Shown: positions 37,899 through 52,289 of the stretch, piece after piece | Layout of the letters: the number at the start of each line of letters is the position of its first letter | How positions within the stretch are numbered: position 1 is the stretch's first letter | Source: Mytilus californianus | Lineage: Eukaryota | Direction of reading: 5' to 3' | Length of the DNA stretch: 64,000 nucleotides | NCBI RefSeq assembly: GCF_021869535.1 | Contig: NW_026262581.1 | Location: 125,550,001 to 125,614,000, forward strand | The notes under the pieces: generated by a model | The model's database searches: none | Told to the model about the DNA's origin: nothing | The model's input: only the letters and a program-made list of their open reading frames with translations | Program-made: the position numbers and the translations under genes

Positions 37899-38944
37899 TC
37901 TGATACAACATAAAAGTAATAATTTGCTTTGTTTATTTTATATGAATTGCTAGAGATTGATTTTTTAATGAATATAATAACTAATATTTAACAATACCAA
38001 CAGCCCTTTTAGCATGGTTTAACATCTGCAATCGGTTTTCAGTCGTTTTAACACCATTTATGTTGGTATGGTCTAGACGAATGACATTAACCATAAAATG
38101 ATCAGCGAAAAAAAGTTTAACAAAAATACAGAACTCCAAGATAAATTCAAAAAAGGGAAATCCATAAAAACTAACATAATCTAACGTTAAACTTTATCAA
38201 CCAACCCTGATTTGGTACAGGCATTTTCCGAAGAAAATGGTGGATTAAACCTGGTTTTATAGTAAGTTAAACCTCCGCCTTGTATGATAGTTGATTATAG
38301 TTCCGTTATATTGAAAAAAATTGGTGAGCAACCCATACATAATAGGTTAATTTGACAATAGTTGGTATCCACAGTGTGTAAACATGCATCAAAGACACAC
38401 TACACAACTGACCAAAATCCAACAAACACACAAAGACGCCAACAGAAAGTGTATGTAGTTGATAGTAAATTTGACAAAGACGCCAACAAAATAGTTTTTG
38501 TACTTGATAGTACATACAGTTATATGGTATACACTTTCTCAATAAAGTACAAATTAAGTAAAATATAGATACAAGGGTAAAAAAAATGAAAACAACACTG
38601 TTAAAACCTTTTGCGTCCTATTCACACCTCGGGACCCACATGCACCAGGAACGCCCAAAGCCAAAAAACCCGGTAACTGGATGCATAAAAATCGAGTTAC
38701 GCCGAGAGTCATATGAACAAAAGGAACATAATATATCACAAAGACAAATGAAAGGAAAGCTGTCAAGTTAATAAAAAGACACAACTTCGACACATAGAAT
38801 CTATAACTAAAGACCGCCTTGTATTATTTGTGAAATAGGCCCTGAATATATATCTATTAGTTCTTGGGAACTTTCCGATGAACTTTTTGAGAAAAAGAAA
38901 ATCAAATCGACAAACAAAAATATCTACAAATAAGGTAAGACTGG

Positions 38945-38946
<2 letters not shown>

Positions 38947-38978
<32 letters not shown>
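38947..38978. repeat. (TC)n microsatellite
   Basis: About 16 dinucleotide units. Confidence 0.95.
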
Positions 38979-38980
<2 letters not shown>

Positions 38981-39129
38981 CCGAATACAATTAGACATGC
39001 TCTATCCCATAGAAGATACAATTTCCGGAGCCGCTAGCCGAAGGAAATTTCTCCCGGAGACTGGTATTTTTCACAAATATCCCTCCTGAGCATGCTATAA
39101 CTGTTTAATTATACCTAATATCAAAAGAG

Positions 39130-40100
39130 ATACTAGTAATCAAAACATTTAAATTTTAATTCCGTTATTCCTTTTTGCTTCAAGACAACCGCAATTAATA
39201 AGCGTATAAATAATCCAGCGTCGCCGCATAGGGACGTTTTGGCAAAAACCAAGACCGAGGGGGTAAAAAACGCATATCCTTTTGCAAATTCTCCGGCGAT
39301 TGTGAAATATGAAAGAAAATAATACTTTAATCAATTTTGTGCGTCCGATGCGCTTTTCTGGAATTACACCAGGAGCGATCAAAACTTGACATTTGAAAGC
39401 CAATGATGTATATGTACGTAGAATGGTTATGTGCTATATGAACAAAAGGTAAACAAAAATAATGGCCAAATTTATTTATTAGCCTTAGGGAGTAAACACA
39501 GGAGTTTCGAAAGGATTTCTTGACTTATCAATTGGGAATTTTAGAGAAGTTGTTAAATCATGTCATCACCGAAGCAACGACTGTTCAGCTAACGATTTTA
39601 CACCCGGGAACAAACAGTTCGCCAGCATTTATATCATCCTAGTGCTTAAAATGAAAATAACACTCAATAAATTTCGTGCGCCCAAAACACTTTTCTTGAT
39701 TTACCTTCATCGGGAACGCTCAAATCTAAACGATGTACAAATACGTAGTACTATTATGAGCTATATGACCAAAAGGAACCTAAAATGAAAGCCAACTTTA
39801 TATATGACAAACTTTGTCTGAGGGAATTTAAATCAAAGTTTCTTAACAATTTCTTATCAACGGGGAATTTAGAAAAGTTGTTATAAATCTAGGAGTAACA
39901 ATCGACCCTGAGCTAGTAAATAAAAAATAACACTATATATTTCATGCGGTGTGTCCGAAGTGCTTTTCTGGATTAACCTCCACCAGGAACGCTCAAAACT
40001 CAAAGATTTTAAGGCCAGGGATTCATAATTACGTAGAAGATTTATAGGAGCTATATGACCAAAAATACCTAAAAAGTAACCTAGTTTATCTAAAGTCAAC
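39130..40100 (-). mobile_element. Decayed tandem trimer of about 290-330-bp units, each with a hammerhead-like motif (retrozyme / Penelope-associated)
   Basis: Shared anchor TACGTAG..GCTATATGA.CAAAA at 39415, 39742 and 40030. Minus-strand motifs at 39341-39378, 39678-39719 and 39951-39992. Outer boundaries approximate. Confidence 0.55.
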
Positions 40101-40759
40101 TTTGCTTAAACGACACCCACGGTGTTACACATGTTTGTTTGATGAGTGTAACTGTTATTGAATATAAAAACTCGACCTATTTACCCTGTATTTGGTTCAC
40201 CAGTAGGTCCAAAATATAAACGCTTTTGCGTATTACATAAATTCCGAATGTTATTCAGTTCTATGTTGCTGTTGAAAGCATTTTTATACAACATTGGAAG
40301 TTTTAGATGTTTCATGAAAGTTTGCATCGAAGGACATCGTTAACCAATTTGAATTTGCATGTATCCAAAAAAAAACATATATAGCTTTACTTCCGACCGA
40401 ATTTGTCTTGGTTAAGGATTTCCTTCTCATACAATTTTGGGGAAATACTTTAAATTTTCCAAAAATTTTAAATCTGTCAAAATTACGATTTTAAGCTATT
40501 TTCAATCGCTTTTAATTTGGTGATCTGCTTAGACATAATAGCCTCATATTTCATAAAAAGACCAGGAATATCCAATTCTTTTACTTTGTCTCCGTCTATT
40601 TAGCGGACCTAAGCTGGCATATTGAAGCATATTGAAATACGAGGCTTCAATAATGGCTATTGTCATATATGACTGTAAAATAAATAAATAAGCTGTCATG
40701 GGGTGTTGTCAACTGCCCGCCGAAGTATTACATATTCTATACTTATTCCAATTCACAAT

Positions 40760-41240
40760 AGGAACACTAAATTAGTAATATCAATTTTATCAGCAATCAA
40801 AACCGGGCTTCAAAGTTATTGTGAAACTACCTACTCTAGGGGTGGCGTAAATCAGACGTGGGTACTAAAAAAACTCAAAAGATCTCTTATAGTACATATA
40901 ATTTAAGTGTCTTTCCTCTTGCAATAGTATTAAATATTTGATGTTTATCTAACCTTTACACAAGTATTCCTCATTCCAAACTAAAAGACAAATTGAAGAA
41001 TTAGTCCTTGTTTCATAAAAAAAGAATCATCGGGTCAATAGATATGTTCCAATTGTGGTTACAACAATCCCGTCCACTTTCCTTGATTGTGACCTACCGA
41101 ATTAGACACCGGGTTTGTGCTTAAATGAGCAACAGGACGGTTGTCACATGTGGAGCAGGATCTGCTTACTCTTCCGGAACACCTGAGATCACACCTAGTT
41201 TTGTTTCAGAGGGATTCGTGTTGCTCCTGCATTAGTTTTT
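40760..41240 (+). mobile_element. Penelope-like element RT fragment plus 3' repeat
   Basis: Frameshifted peptides AIKTGLQSYCETTYSRGGVNQTWVLK(NSKDLL) and NLYTSIPHSKLKDKLK resemble PLE RT motifs recalled from bivalve elements. Followed by the common ...CACATGTGGAGCAGGATCTGCTTAC... repeat. Confidence 0.6.
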
Positions 41241-42216
41241 ACTGCTTTCCTTTGTTATTTTTATTTTTTTAATGTCTGTGATGTTTATACCAGTAACAGT
41301 TTGTATATCCTTTGTTATGAAAAACTTTTTTCAATTTCAAAATTTCACATTCGGTCATGTTTCAGAGTTTACATGACCGATGGTTTATGAATAAGATGAT
41401 GTCTTATGACTAGATAAGAGTCAATTACCAATCCTCTATTACATGATGCTTAATCACTTGATATAACTGATCAACATGCAATATAGGAGTAACACGACGG
41501 GTGTCACGGGTTGAGCAGGATATGTTGCCCTTCCTGAGTTTTTCTTTTCTTGTCATGGTATTGTCGTGCAGTTTTTTTTCGACTTGTGAGTTTGAACTAC
41601 GGACTTCCCCCTTTTTGAATTTACATTAAAGTTTGGTATTTTTGTCAATACTTTTTTACAAGGTCGTCCAAAATTGTTTCGATTTCCGTTAAATCAAAGG
41701 ATAAATATGAACATTCTATATTTTTGCGAAAATTAAATGACCTTTTTCTGGTTCTTGTATGGTGAAAATTGATACCAAACACTTGTGAACATTATAGAAC
41801 AGAATACAAAATTTCTGATCAATTACACGTTAAAAAGTCAATCACGTAAACAATTGCAAAAGTCATCTGAAAATAATATAATTCAAGCAAAATTTTACTG
41901 TGGGGACAATTTTTCATTCCCATATTAATATTTTTTTTTCTTTTAAACGTAAAAGAAATTTACATGGCCACGGAAAGTCCAACAACCATTGTTTTGCTTT
42001 CCTATATGTAGATAACACAATTATAGTTGTCCGTATCTCTATCAGGTAGAGGCACTTCCCTATAATTAAAAGTGAGAAAGGGAACATGCGAGCTGTATAC
42101 AGTGAAAATATGTTTTTTCGAAGTCGAACTTATTTACAGTTGTAGTCGTATTCAAAATGCCAAATGAAATGACAGCTCCTTAATCAATGGTTCGGTAGAT
42201 TGATATTGTGAAAGAT

Positions 42217-42470
42217 TAGGGAACAACCATTTAACTTCAAAAGGGGGGGTTATTGTTTTTTCCTAAAAAAATATTCTGATCCCCAATTTGAGGAAAAAAA
42301 ATATTGTGGTCAAGCAGATGACAAAAAAATATTCTGAATCCAGATTTTCCTAATACCTTATAGTGTTAAATTTTGAAAAAAATAATTTGATTGATAGCGT
42401 CGAAAAACTAAAAAAAAAATTCTGACTCGGACAAAAAACCATAACCCCCCTTGACGTTAAATGGATGCTC
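42217..42470. mobile_element. MITE with CCATTTAAC.TCAAGGGGGG-type TIRs
   Basis: Left AACCATTTAACTTCAAAGGGGGGGTTATTGTTTTT versus right AAAAAACCATAACCCCCCTTGACGTTAAATGGAT. The right end is truncated. Confidence 0.65.
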
Positions 42471-43291
42471 GTGCAGCTATCTCACCAGCGAAGCAGGGAT
42501 AACATAACCTTCTGGAGATTCTTAGTTAATCCCAGGTTTTTGTTGGGGTCGTGTTGATTTTAAAATCCTCATCTTTCTGTGAATTATTTTGTAGACTGTT
42601 GTTATTATAGTCGTCTTTTTTCGATTCCCCATCGGTATCTCCATCCTTTTTTCAATCAGAGAGAGGATAACCAGTTTGCTAAAAGTTAACTATTCAATGA
42701 ATTTACAAGAGTATTTAAAAAAAAAACTCATTTATGTGTGCATTGTGGGAGTTTGTTTTCCTCGAGTACCGAGTTTACGAGATAGGAGTTGAACAAGTTA
42801 AGATTGCGAGTTAGAAATGTCGAGATACGAGTTGAAAAAGTCAATATTGCGAGTTAAAAAAATCGAGCTGTGAGTTGAAAAAGACAAGTTGCGAGTTAGA
42901 AAAGTCGGACTGCGAGTTGTAAAAGTCCGAGTTGCGAGAAAAAGAAAAGACATGAGGTCAAAAACTACCTTAACAATAAATAAAGTTGACCTAATAATCC
43001 AGATCTTTTTCGTAATCGATCTCTCCTAATCGTGAGTCAATAAACTTGACTCAGTACTAAGAGTACAAAATATGTGCTCAAAACACCAAATCCAATATAT
43101 TGATTGGTTGATTTCTGAGACCATGGAAGTCTTATATTGAAGTCAGTATAATACTTCCTTGCTGAGAGTGACACTGAGTGCGATAATCGGCGTACTCCAA
43201 ATATTTATGATTGCAAAGCGAGGGGTTGCAGTCGTAGAGAACGGGATATAACGACTGAATTATTCGGGTTAAAAATATAGGATTTTATATG

Positions 43292-44511
43292 ATTTTTATT
43301 GTCGAGCCTACGACTTTTGTCGCAGAAAGCTTGACATAGGGATAGTGATCCGGCGGCGGCGGCGGCGGCGTTAACTAACTTCTTAAAAGCTTTTTATTTC
43401 AGAAGGTGGAAGACCTGGATGCTTCATACTTTGTATATAAATGCCTTATGTTACGAAGTTTCCGTCTGTCACATGTCCATTGTCCTTGACCTCATTTTCA
43501 TGGTTCAGTGACTACTTGAAAAAAAAGTTAAGATTTTTTGTAATGTTAATTTCTCTCTTATTATGAGTAATAGGATAACTATATTTGGTATGTGCGTACC
43601 TTGCAAGGTCCTCATGCCCGTCAGACAGTTTTCACTTGACCTCGACCACATTTCATGGATCAGTGAACAAGGTTAAGTTTTGGTGGTCAAGTCCATATCT
43701 CAAATACTATAAGCAATTGGTCTAGTATATTTGGTCTATGGAAGGGTTGTAAGGTGTACATGTCCTACTGGCAGGTGTCATCTGACCTTGACCTCATTTT
43801 CATGGTTCAGTGGTTATAGTTAAGTTTTTGTGTTTTGATCTGTTTTTCTTATACTGTATGCAATAGGTATACTATATTTGGTGTATTGAATGATTGTATG
43901 GTGTACATGTCCAACTGGCAGGTGTCATCTGACCTTGACCTCATTTTCATGGTTCAGTGGTCAAAGTTAAGTTTTTGAGTTTCGGTCATTTTTTCTAATA
44001 CTATATGCAATAGGTCAACTATATTTGGTGTATGGAAATATTTTATGATGTACATGTCAGTCTCGCAGGTTTTATTTGACCTTGACCTCATTTTCACGGT
44101 TCATTACACAGTGTTATGTTTTTGTGTTTTGGTCTGTTTTTCTTAAAATTATAAGCAACAGGTCAACTTTATTTGTTGTATGGAAGGATTGTAAGCTGTA
44201 TATGTCTGTCTGGCAGGTATCATCTGACCTTGATCTCATTTTCATGGTTCATTGGTCAATCATGAATGTTTAGTTTTCTTGGTTAAGTCTGTTTCTTAGA
44301 AACTATAAACAATAGGTTAACTATATTTAGTGTATTGAATGATTGTAAGGTGTACATGTATTTCTCTTTTGGTTTATCTGACCATGACCTCATTTTCTTT
44401 GATCATGTTAAGTTTATGTGATAGTTGTAGTAAAGCTTTATATTTAGGACTATCAACATAATATCGATGGTTAGTAAAGAAAGTGAGACATTTCAGCGTG
44501 TGCACTCTTGT
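43292..44511 (+). mobile_element. HINE, second copy of the 32402-33986 family with fewer tandem units
   Basis: Same 5' GTCGAGCC...(GGC)n head and 3' GAGACATTTCAGCGTGTGCACTCTTGT end. Confidence 0.85.
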
Positions 44512-47500
44512 GTAATTAACAATTGAATCACAAGGACATAGTTTTTGCCATTTCACTTGAATTACTGAAAATAAATGCACATTTTTTTAATTTAAAATAC
44601 GTCATTATTATTGCAAAGGACTTTTGGTTAGCCAATTTAATCTTTGTTCTAGAAAAATTCTGCTGACAAAAAAATAAAACATAGAACTAAGTTTACGTAA
44701 TTTGAATACCATCGATGCATATCAAATACAGACCGCCAAAATCGTCTGAATTAAAGGCGTCATCTTCATTAATTAATCAGTACTATCCAAATAACTATTT
44801 CACCGTTTTTTTTAAAGAACTTTAACTGATACTAATATTAAAGGGAACATTTTAGATTAAGAAAGCCTTTTCTCCTTTAATGCAAATTTATCAGTTTGAT
44901 TCTTCAAAATCACGAGAGAAATGTCGCTTCGTTTATAATGCATTGTAGGACAAAAACAACTGATTTGCACTATGTTGCAAACCATGGATGCTCGCCATAA
45001 ATATTATTTTATAAATTTTCTTTAAGAATAGGACTATACCTCATAGAAAGATGAGGTTTCTACCTGATGTTTGCCTAGTCACGCGGCAAGGTTAAGAACA
45101 GAGGTTAATCGATACAAATATTAAATCACGCGGCAGTATCATAGTATATTCTCAATACCTATTACTGCAGTATATTTTATTTGCTATGAATACACATGAT
45201 CTTTTGTTACATTTATGTTTGTTTTTCTGCATCAGATACGAGGAGGCTTGTTAGGGCTCTTAAGCTCACAATCCTAGAGCATCGTCCCTTGGTACCTGTT
45301 GCAGCTAAACAATCTTTTATATTTATACATTTCCAGCAAAAATAATATAAAATCAAGTGAGAAAAAACGTTTACCACATCTCCGGAGTAGCAACTCTTAA
45401 ATACTTTTTTTATTTAACATATAATAGCCTGTATGACTTTGTATCAAAAGTTTAGGTTTATTATATGAATGTCATGTAAAATACTGTATGTTGTAACAAT
45501 TATATATGTTATGTGTATATTCCCCCCTAGGGACCTAATTTGGAAAATAAAATATCTTATCTTATCATAGTGATGAAAAAATCAAAGAATTGTATTTATA
45601 TTTGATATACAACTCCTTGAAAAAAATGTTGCACGATATTTGAACTTTAATTCTTTTGACCTTAGATGTAGACAAATCGGTCATTGGTCAGTATAAACCA
45701 AATGAGAGAAGCATTTAGTCGTTGCAGTTGTAGAACGTAAAACTATGTATATCTTTATGATCGGTTTATTTATCTTTATGGATCTATGTGACATTTATAT
45801 GTTGTAGTATACATGTCATAAGTTTGCTATCTCTTCTTATCTTAATCATCTACAAATTACCAGATTTACTAATCTAAAATTTAAGGATTAAAACTTACAA
45901 GTTTTAACATTCTCGTAAATTTCATATTTATCTATCTTATTTAAGAGCCAATCTGCCAGAAACCATGCAATAGGCTCCAAATGTAATGTTATCATATTGA
46001 CCTGATATTTTGCAAACATGACACCTTCACTGTGCAAAATATTTAAAAAAAAAATCATTGGTAGTCTCTTTATGGAGCGCCATCCATAAATACGTTAAGC
46101 TATAATACGGCGATTGTAGCAGTTTAAGCTGAAAAATATCAGTGTTTATCATCATTTTACTGTTTTATTGTAATGCTGTATCCTAACTGTCGAAATATGT
46201 TCAAAAAAATCCTTTATTCTCTGATTCATGTCCCAAATATCTTAACTTTTACAAAACTGTCAAAACGGTAAATTTTCATTTTTTTTAAAGTGTGTATTTT
46301 ATAAATACGTTCTACCCATAAAAGACAACACTAACAAGAACAGAATAAAACAAAACAGTAAAATATTAAAAAAAAAAAACAAGGTGTATATTGTAAGTTA
46401 AGTAATTTTTTGCCAAATATGGATCTTCTTTAATGGCAAGAGAAAAAACAATTCAAATAAAATATCATATTGTTGAAAAATAAAAAATAAATGAATAAAA
46501 AGAATCACATGAAAAGAAATCATAGGAAAATGAATGAAACAGAACAATATCTACTTTTATTATACATATCAATTAACACTTGTCATACATGTTTGACAAG
46601 GAGTTATTGTTCCGTTATCTGGGTGTCGACAAACATGTAAACATACCCCACAGTTGTTCATTACATTAATAGGTGTAAGACAGGGAAGTCTTCCCCTACC
46701 TCGTGTCTAGGAACTATTTACACATATATAAACGGTGTTCAATAGTTGTTCTACTAAGTCATTCTGCAAACATATATTTAAGGTAAGTTGTGAATATATT
46801 TTGTTCATAAATTTAATGTAAATAATATAAAAATTAGAAGATGTGGTATGGTTGCCAATGTTAAACTCTCCACCAGAAGTTCACTTTTAAGATCACCCCC
46901 GGTGTTTAGGTTGGTTAGTGTTTTATGTAGTATTTTGTAAACTGTTTGTCAGTCTTTTCGTCGTTTTTCTTTTCTTTTTGCAACGATTTCGTCGGACTTT
47001 TTTCGACTTCAGAGTTTTGTTTCTCCATTTTGTATTTTCACTTCTATTTTCCCCATAAATATGAATAAAAGGATATATGGGGTATATATATCTCAATTAA
47101 ACAGAAACACAACCAAAACAGACATTGGCAGTTGTAAGTAGTTGTTATTTTGTTATTCACTAATAAAATTTAACTGATTTAGGATTTTTAGAGAGCACTT
47201 TTCTGTTATAAGGTTGTAAGTATACTATTAAAACATTGAAGATATTATTATTTAAAGAATGAAGGGTTGTAAGCGTGATCTAAACATTGACGATAGTCGC
47301 ATTGTCGAAGAATAGATAACAAATTATGTTAAGCCTATTATGTAGTCGGGTACAAATTATGTTACTCTTCGATGCTAATATTCCCCCCCCCCCCCCCAAA
47401 AAAAAGAGTTCTTTTTCAATTTGAGGCATACCTTTATAAACAATTGGTGCTGGCATAATTTTGAAAATAATAGTGGTACATAAAAAATTTCTATATTAAA

Positions 47501-50500
47501 AATATTTGCACCTAGGTACGAAAATAATATAAATTCAAATTTGATTGTCTGTATATGTATGTTTTGCATGTTTGTTGAGGTATTATCAGTAATCACGTGT
47601 ATAAATTGCAAAAGTTTCGGCGGGAATATAGCCAGCGTCGCTATGGCTGGTTTAAACAAATTTAAGCCCAGTTATGCAATGTTTGTATGCTTAAGAAGTA
47701 TCTAGAAGTTTATGAAATACTGATAAAGCTATAAAAGAATCACCTTACAGAGAAATACTTAACTGGCCGGGGCATTTTTATCTTTCAGTAGTAAGTAATC
47801 CATTGATTAGAAGATATGAGCTGACCATTGTTTCCTGATAATTTGTAGATAATGAATAATGACCAAAATATAATAATTTTACAACCACGTGATTTCATTG
47901 AAAGATTCTTTAAAGTCTGATATCTATAGGTCGAGATAAAAGTTACAATCATATATAACTTCTATCGGTAACTGCGTAACCAAAATATGTTAACCTTTAT
48001 CTCTTGATATAGCTTGGTCAAACTGGCCTCTGAACGGTCAAACGGTCACTTTTAATAGTGTCCACTACAACTACCTGCGAAAGTGGATGTATAGAGGGAG
48101 GAAATCGACGACATTACAACAAGCATCTTTCATTAGACTACAGGTAAGATACATCACATTAATTTATCAATTATTTGTATATCAATGGAATGTTTTATGT
48201 TTATATTCTGAGATAGTAAGGTTATTTAACAGGCCAAAGAGTGTACAGTGTAGATGTCGCCCGAAGATGAATACAGGTATAACACGCCTTGGTTTGTACA
48301 TCTAATGACACATATCTACAACTAGTAACATGTCTGTCCTCTAGCAATTTTTCTTCCCCTGCACGATGTTTGAAGTCCAGTTTGTGTTATCGACCCTTCT
48401 CGTCCCGTTATCGCGGATTATTACTACACCCCTTCACGTTGTAACCAAGCCGAGATAGCGTATCTATAGGTCATTTACACAAGAGAAATTTTATGTCTCT
48501 TTCAGGTCGTAAAGGGGTGTAGGACAGGTAAGTGAATAATTATTTATTTTTGTTTTACAGATACTTTACAGAATGAATTATAATGCCCAAAGTATTTCGT
48601 GAATTTCGGTATACTGCAGTCGTATACAAATTTGTATTATGCTGTTATTCACGAGAGGTGAATGGGTCAGTTTCAACATGGACATTGGTCAATCTTTACG
48701 CTATACAAAGGTCAGTTACAATCAATATACTGTTCTTTATCGCGTCAGGACTGAAGCAAATACGGTTTTGTAGATTTATGTTTCTATGCAAATTTTTTCC
48801 TTACCAATCTGATTTTCTTACATTTGTGATTCGTTGCAGCACCAGCAGTACATTGTGCTGCCATTAAAAACAAGCATATAAGATAAGGACCACGTTTCAT
48901 TGCGTCTTATATTGTTATTCTATATTTTCCCTTAAAATGCTGATATGAAGTTTTTGTGTATTTTCTAAACATTTTAAGATATAAACACCTATACCTTCGG
49001 CTATATTTTGTTACTAAATCACATGACTTAGATTGTCACGTGTAGTAGTATATATATATCAAAATTAAATACTAAGCGCGCTAAAATGTTTTCATCTGTG
49101 CAATTAGTATCTTTTCTTTAAAAGATATCATAAAAGGTTATATTTACCAAGGAACTAGCTTGCTTTAGAAGAAAGATCGAACAAATATATGTGAGGGAGG
49201 AAATGGTTTTATAGTTTATAAGTAGACATTAAAAAGCTGCATAAATTTATTTTCTGACAAAATTGCACCCATAACATTAAAATGAAAAAAAAAAATACAC
49301 GTGTTGTAAGTGTACGAAACAAGGTGAATTGAATAAAGCGGTTTTTTTTTCTTTTGCTAAAATGAAAATATTTTTTTTCATAGGTTCCATAATGGACCAA
49401 ATAGAAAGATTGCGAAAGCCAGTTTCTACCCCGATCCTTCTGAAAACGTGAAACATGCTTCTCTTTTTATTAATATGAACTGCTTGTTTTGAAATCAGGT
49501 GCTTTTTAAAAAACGATCAGTATTAAATCACTTGTTGAAGACCATGTAGTGACCACTAGGTGCATTTTTGTGTTGTTTGGGTTGTTGTCTCATTTACGGA
49601 TACACGTCTCCTTTTATTTTCTTTCTATTCAATTTGAAGGAGACAACTTAAAAGATTTGGTTGAGAAAAAAATAAACAATATAATATCTTTTGTAACAGT
49701 AAACTGGAAAGATACAATTAAACTGTTTCAATGTTGACGTCGCCAATTTTTTTTTATTAACGAACCCTTAAAAGTATATTTATTTAAAAAAATATAAATA
49801 AGAAAGAAAAAAAATCTGCTCGTTGCGCTCGACATCAGACAAACAGAAATACTTCTACTGCTATGATATCCCTTATGATGATATGTATTATGGATATTAT
49901 AGCAAGGGAAGGACGTTTTTGGTCTATTTTTCAAATTACTTAATTGATCTAACAGACTCTTTCAAAAAGTCAAAAATATTCCAGGCTTATTATTGAGGGG
50001 GTGGACAGGGGGGTACCCTTCTCCCACCTCCCGCCCCCTATCTCCCACCTCCCACATTTAGAATCTTTTTTTCTCTCCCACCTATTTTTTGTCTACCACC
50101 TCCCCCCCCCCCCCCCCCACCTCCCACCTCCCTCAAAAGCTGTCCACCACCTCATTATTTTTGTACGCCAGACGCGCTTTCCTTCTACAATAGACTCCTC
50201 AGTGGCGATAGTATAAAAAAAGTTAAAGGCCAAATTGAAGAGCATTTAGGAACAACAATTCCGAAAGGTTTTGCCAAATACAGCCAAGTCTATCTATATT
50301 AAGCTTTTCCGGGGGAAAAAGGGGGGGGGGGGGTGTAAATGATATGAATGTGCAAATAGTAAATAGATCACACTTAATTGTAAACCCGAATAATCCAGTC
50401 GTTTAATTTCGCTCATTTTGATCATTCCATTAACCTCTGGAGAACACTGACCGTAAAACATGAAAAAGGCGCGGTATTATTCAAGTTAATGTATTGTGAA

Positions 50501-51133
50501 AAAAGAAACTTACATACTACAATATTTGAATTATTTTATGAAGAAAAAAATGCAGATTCATGCATACCTAACCACAGCATTAAGGCAAGACTTAATTGAT
50601 TGTGGGTAGATATATGTATACTAGTATGCCACTCAAACAGAAAAAAAAAATTAAATCAAATCAAAATCCAAAACTAAAAACTAAAACCAAAATGAAAAAA
50701 AGAAACCCTCTTTCTAATGCATCCATTTTATCTGTCATTGTCGAATGCCGAAGGACCTGATATCATCCCAGCGTCATTTCATATACTTATATAAATACGT
50801 TAAAGTTCCTGTAAATGACACTGCTTTAGACTGAATTTATAGATGGCTCTTTCACTAAATATTTAAAAAGTTGTAATAAATTTCATTGAGTACAAAACTA
50901 GTCCAAATCAAATTCTAATTATTTTGATTTTCTAAAACTTTCAGGATATATTTTGTTGGTAATTGTACAATTCTTGATTAACTGTCATAATTATAGCTAT
51001 ATTTAAGACTATCAAATAGACTTTTCTTTTTGACAATTAAGAGTTGTCATTCCTTTATCGATGAACTTTTAAAAATAATGGGGTGCTAAAAAATATAAAG
51101 AAGAGAGAAAAAATGACCTAGAATAATAAAAAA

Positions 51134-52010
51134 AAACTAGATATGGACAATGCCCCCCTCTGCTCTGCCATATGCATGAGAATACATGTAGTTCCACATA
51201 CTTTAAATTTGACAAGCAGTGATATTGAAGTACAAATTGAAATTGTTGCGTTGTCTGTAAGACACAAATGATGCCCCCGACTCAACATAAGAAATTATAA
51301 ATTTAATAGTATATATAGCTACTAGTATGTATGATGCTCTATCTTTTATTTTTGTTCTGAATGTCTACAATTGCAGGACTGAATGTCAAGCCAAAAGGTT
51401 TCAACTTTTCAGTTTTAGTAATCACCAAGTTCAACTTTCTATTTCCAGTGGTCACTTAGTTCAACTACCCGGTTTTGATTAAATATTTGACAATACTAAA
51501 AAGTCTTATTTATTACATTTGGGACATTAAACTGTAGTAGTACAACCCATGTTTTCAATTATATAGCAAGTGAGAAGGAAATGAAGTCCAACTATCGGTA
51601 TTTGTGAATATCTAACATCCCCCTTTCTGACTTTTAGTACAAAAAAATGATCAAGTCCTGGCATTTTAAGAATATTAAAAAAAATCAAAATCATGTGGAC
51701 ATGCACACCCCTATTTTTTTTTTTTTTTTAAATATCTACAAAATATTAAAGCTGTAGCTCAAAAACTATAGGAGGAGATAGCGGGACAAACCATATCTAT
51801 TTATGCAGCTAGCACCAAAAAAAAGTCCAAATACCGGTCATTTTGAGAATTTAAAAAAATAAACAAAATCCTGTGGACATGCACACCTCTATTATGTGTA
51901 GAAACATCCTACAAAAGATTAAAGCTGTAGTTCAAAATCTGTGGGAGGAGATAGGCGGACAAAACATGTATCTATAACCAAACGGACGGACGGACGGAGA
52001 GGGGTAAATC
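51134..52010 (-). mobile_element. Probable decayed HINE
   Basis: AAACTAGA..ATGCCCCCC end, duplicated ...GTGGACATGCACACC...AAAGCTGTAG unit and (GGAC)n near 51985. Boundaries approximate. Confidence 0.5.
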
Positions 52011-52289
52011 AATTCGATACTGTTGATCCTCAAGGCTTACTATTGAATTTCTGAATTAATCCAAGCATATTTCGCTTAAATTATTCCCAATTTTTATGGG
52101 ATATCTGTAGATGACTGATTGTGTATATAACCTTTGATTCTAGTTAAATAAGATATGCTGTGAATCTGAGACTACTATATGTATTATAGTAGTCTCACGG
52201 TGAATGAGTAAACAATTGAGTGTTGATTTTTAAGACTGGTAAATTAGTCAAATAACTACTATATTCATGTAGCCTAGACAACCTTCAGG

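Noticed and set aside
43150-43260. ATACTTCCTTGC resembling the U1 snRNA 5' end
   Set aside because: Similarity does not extend beyond about 10 nt; no Sm site or U1 stems recognised.
49990-50340. C/G tracts as functional G-quadruplex or promoter (also 31072, 47383)
   Set aside because: They occur within repeat-like DNA as simple homopolymers and have no linked gene start.
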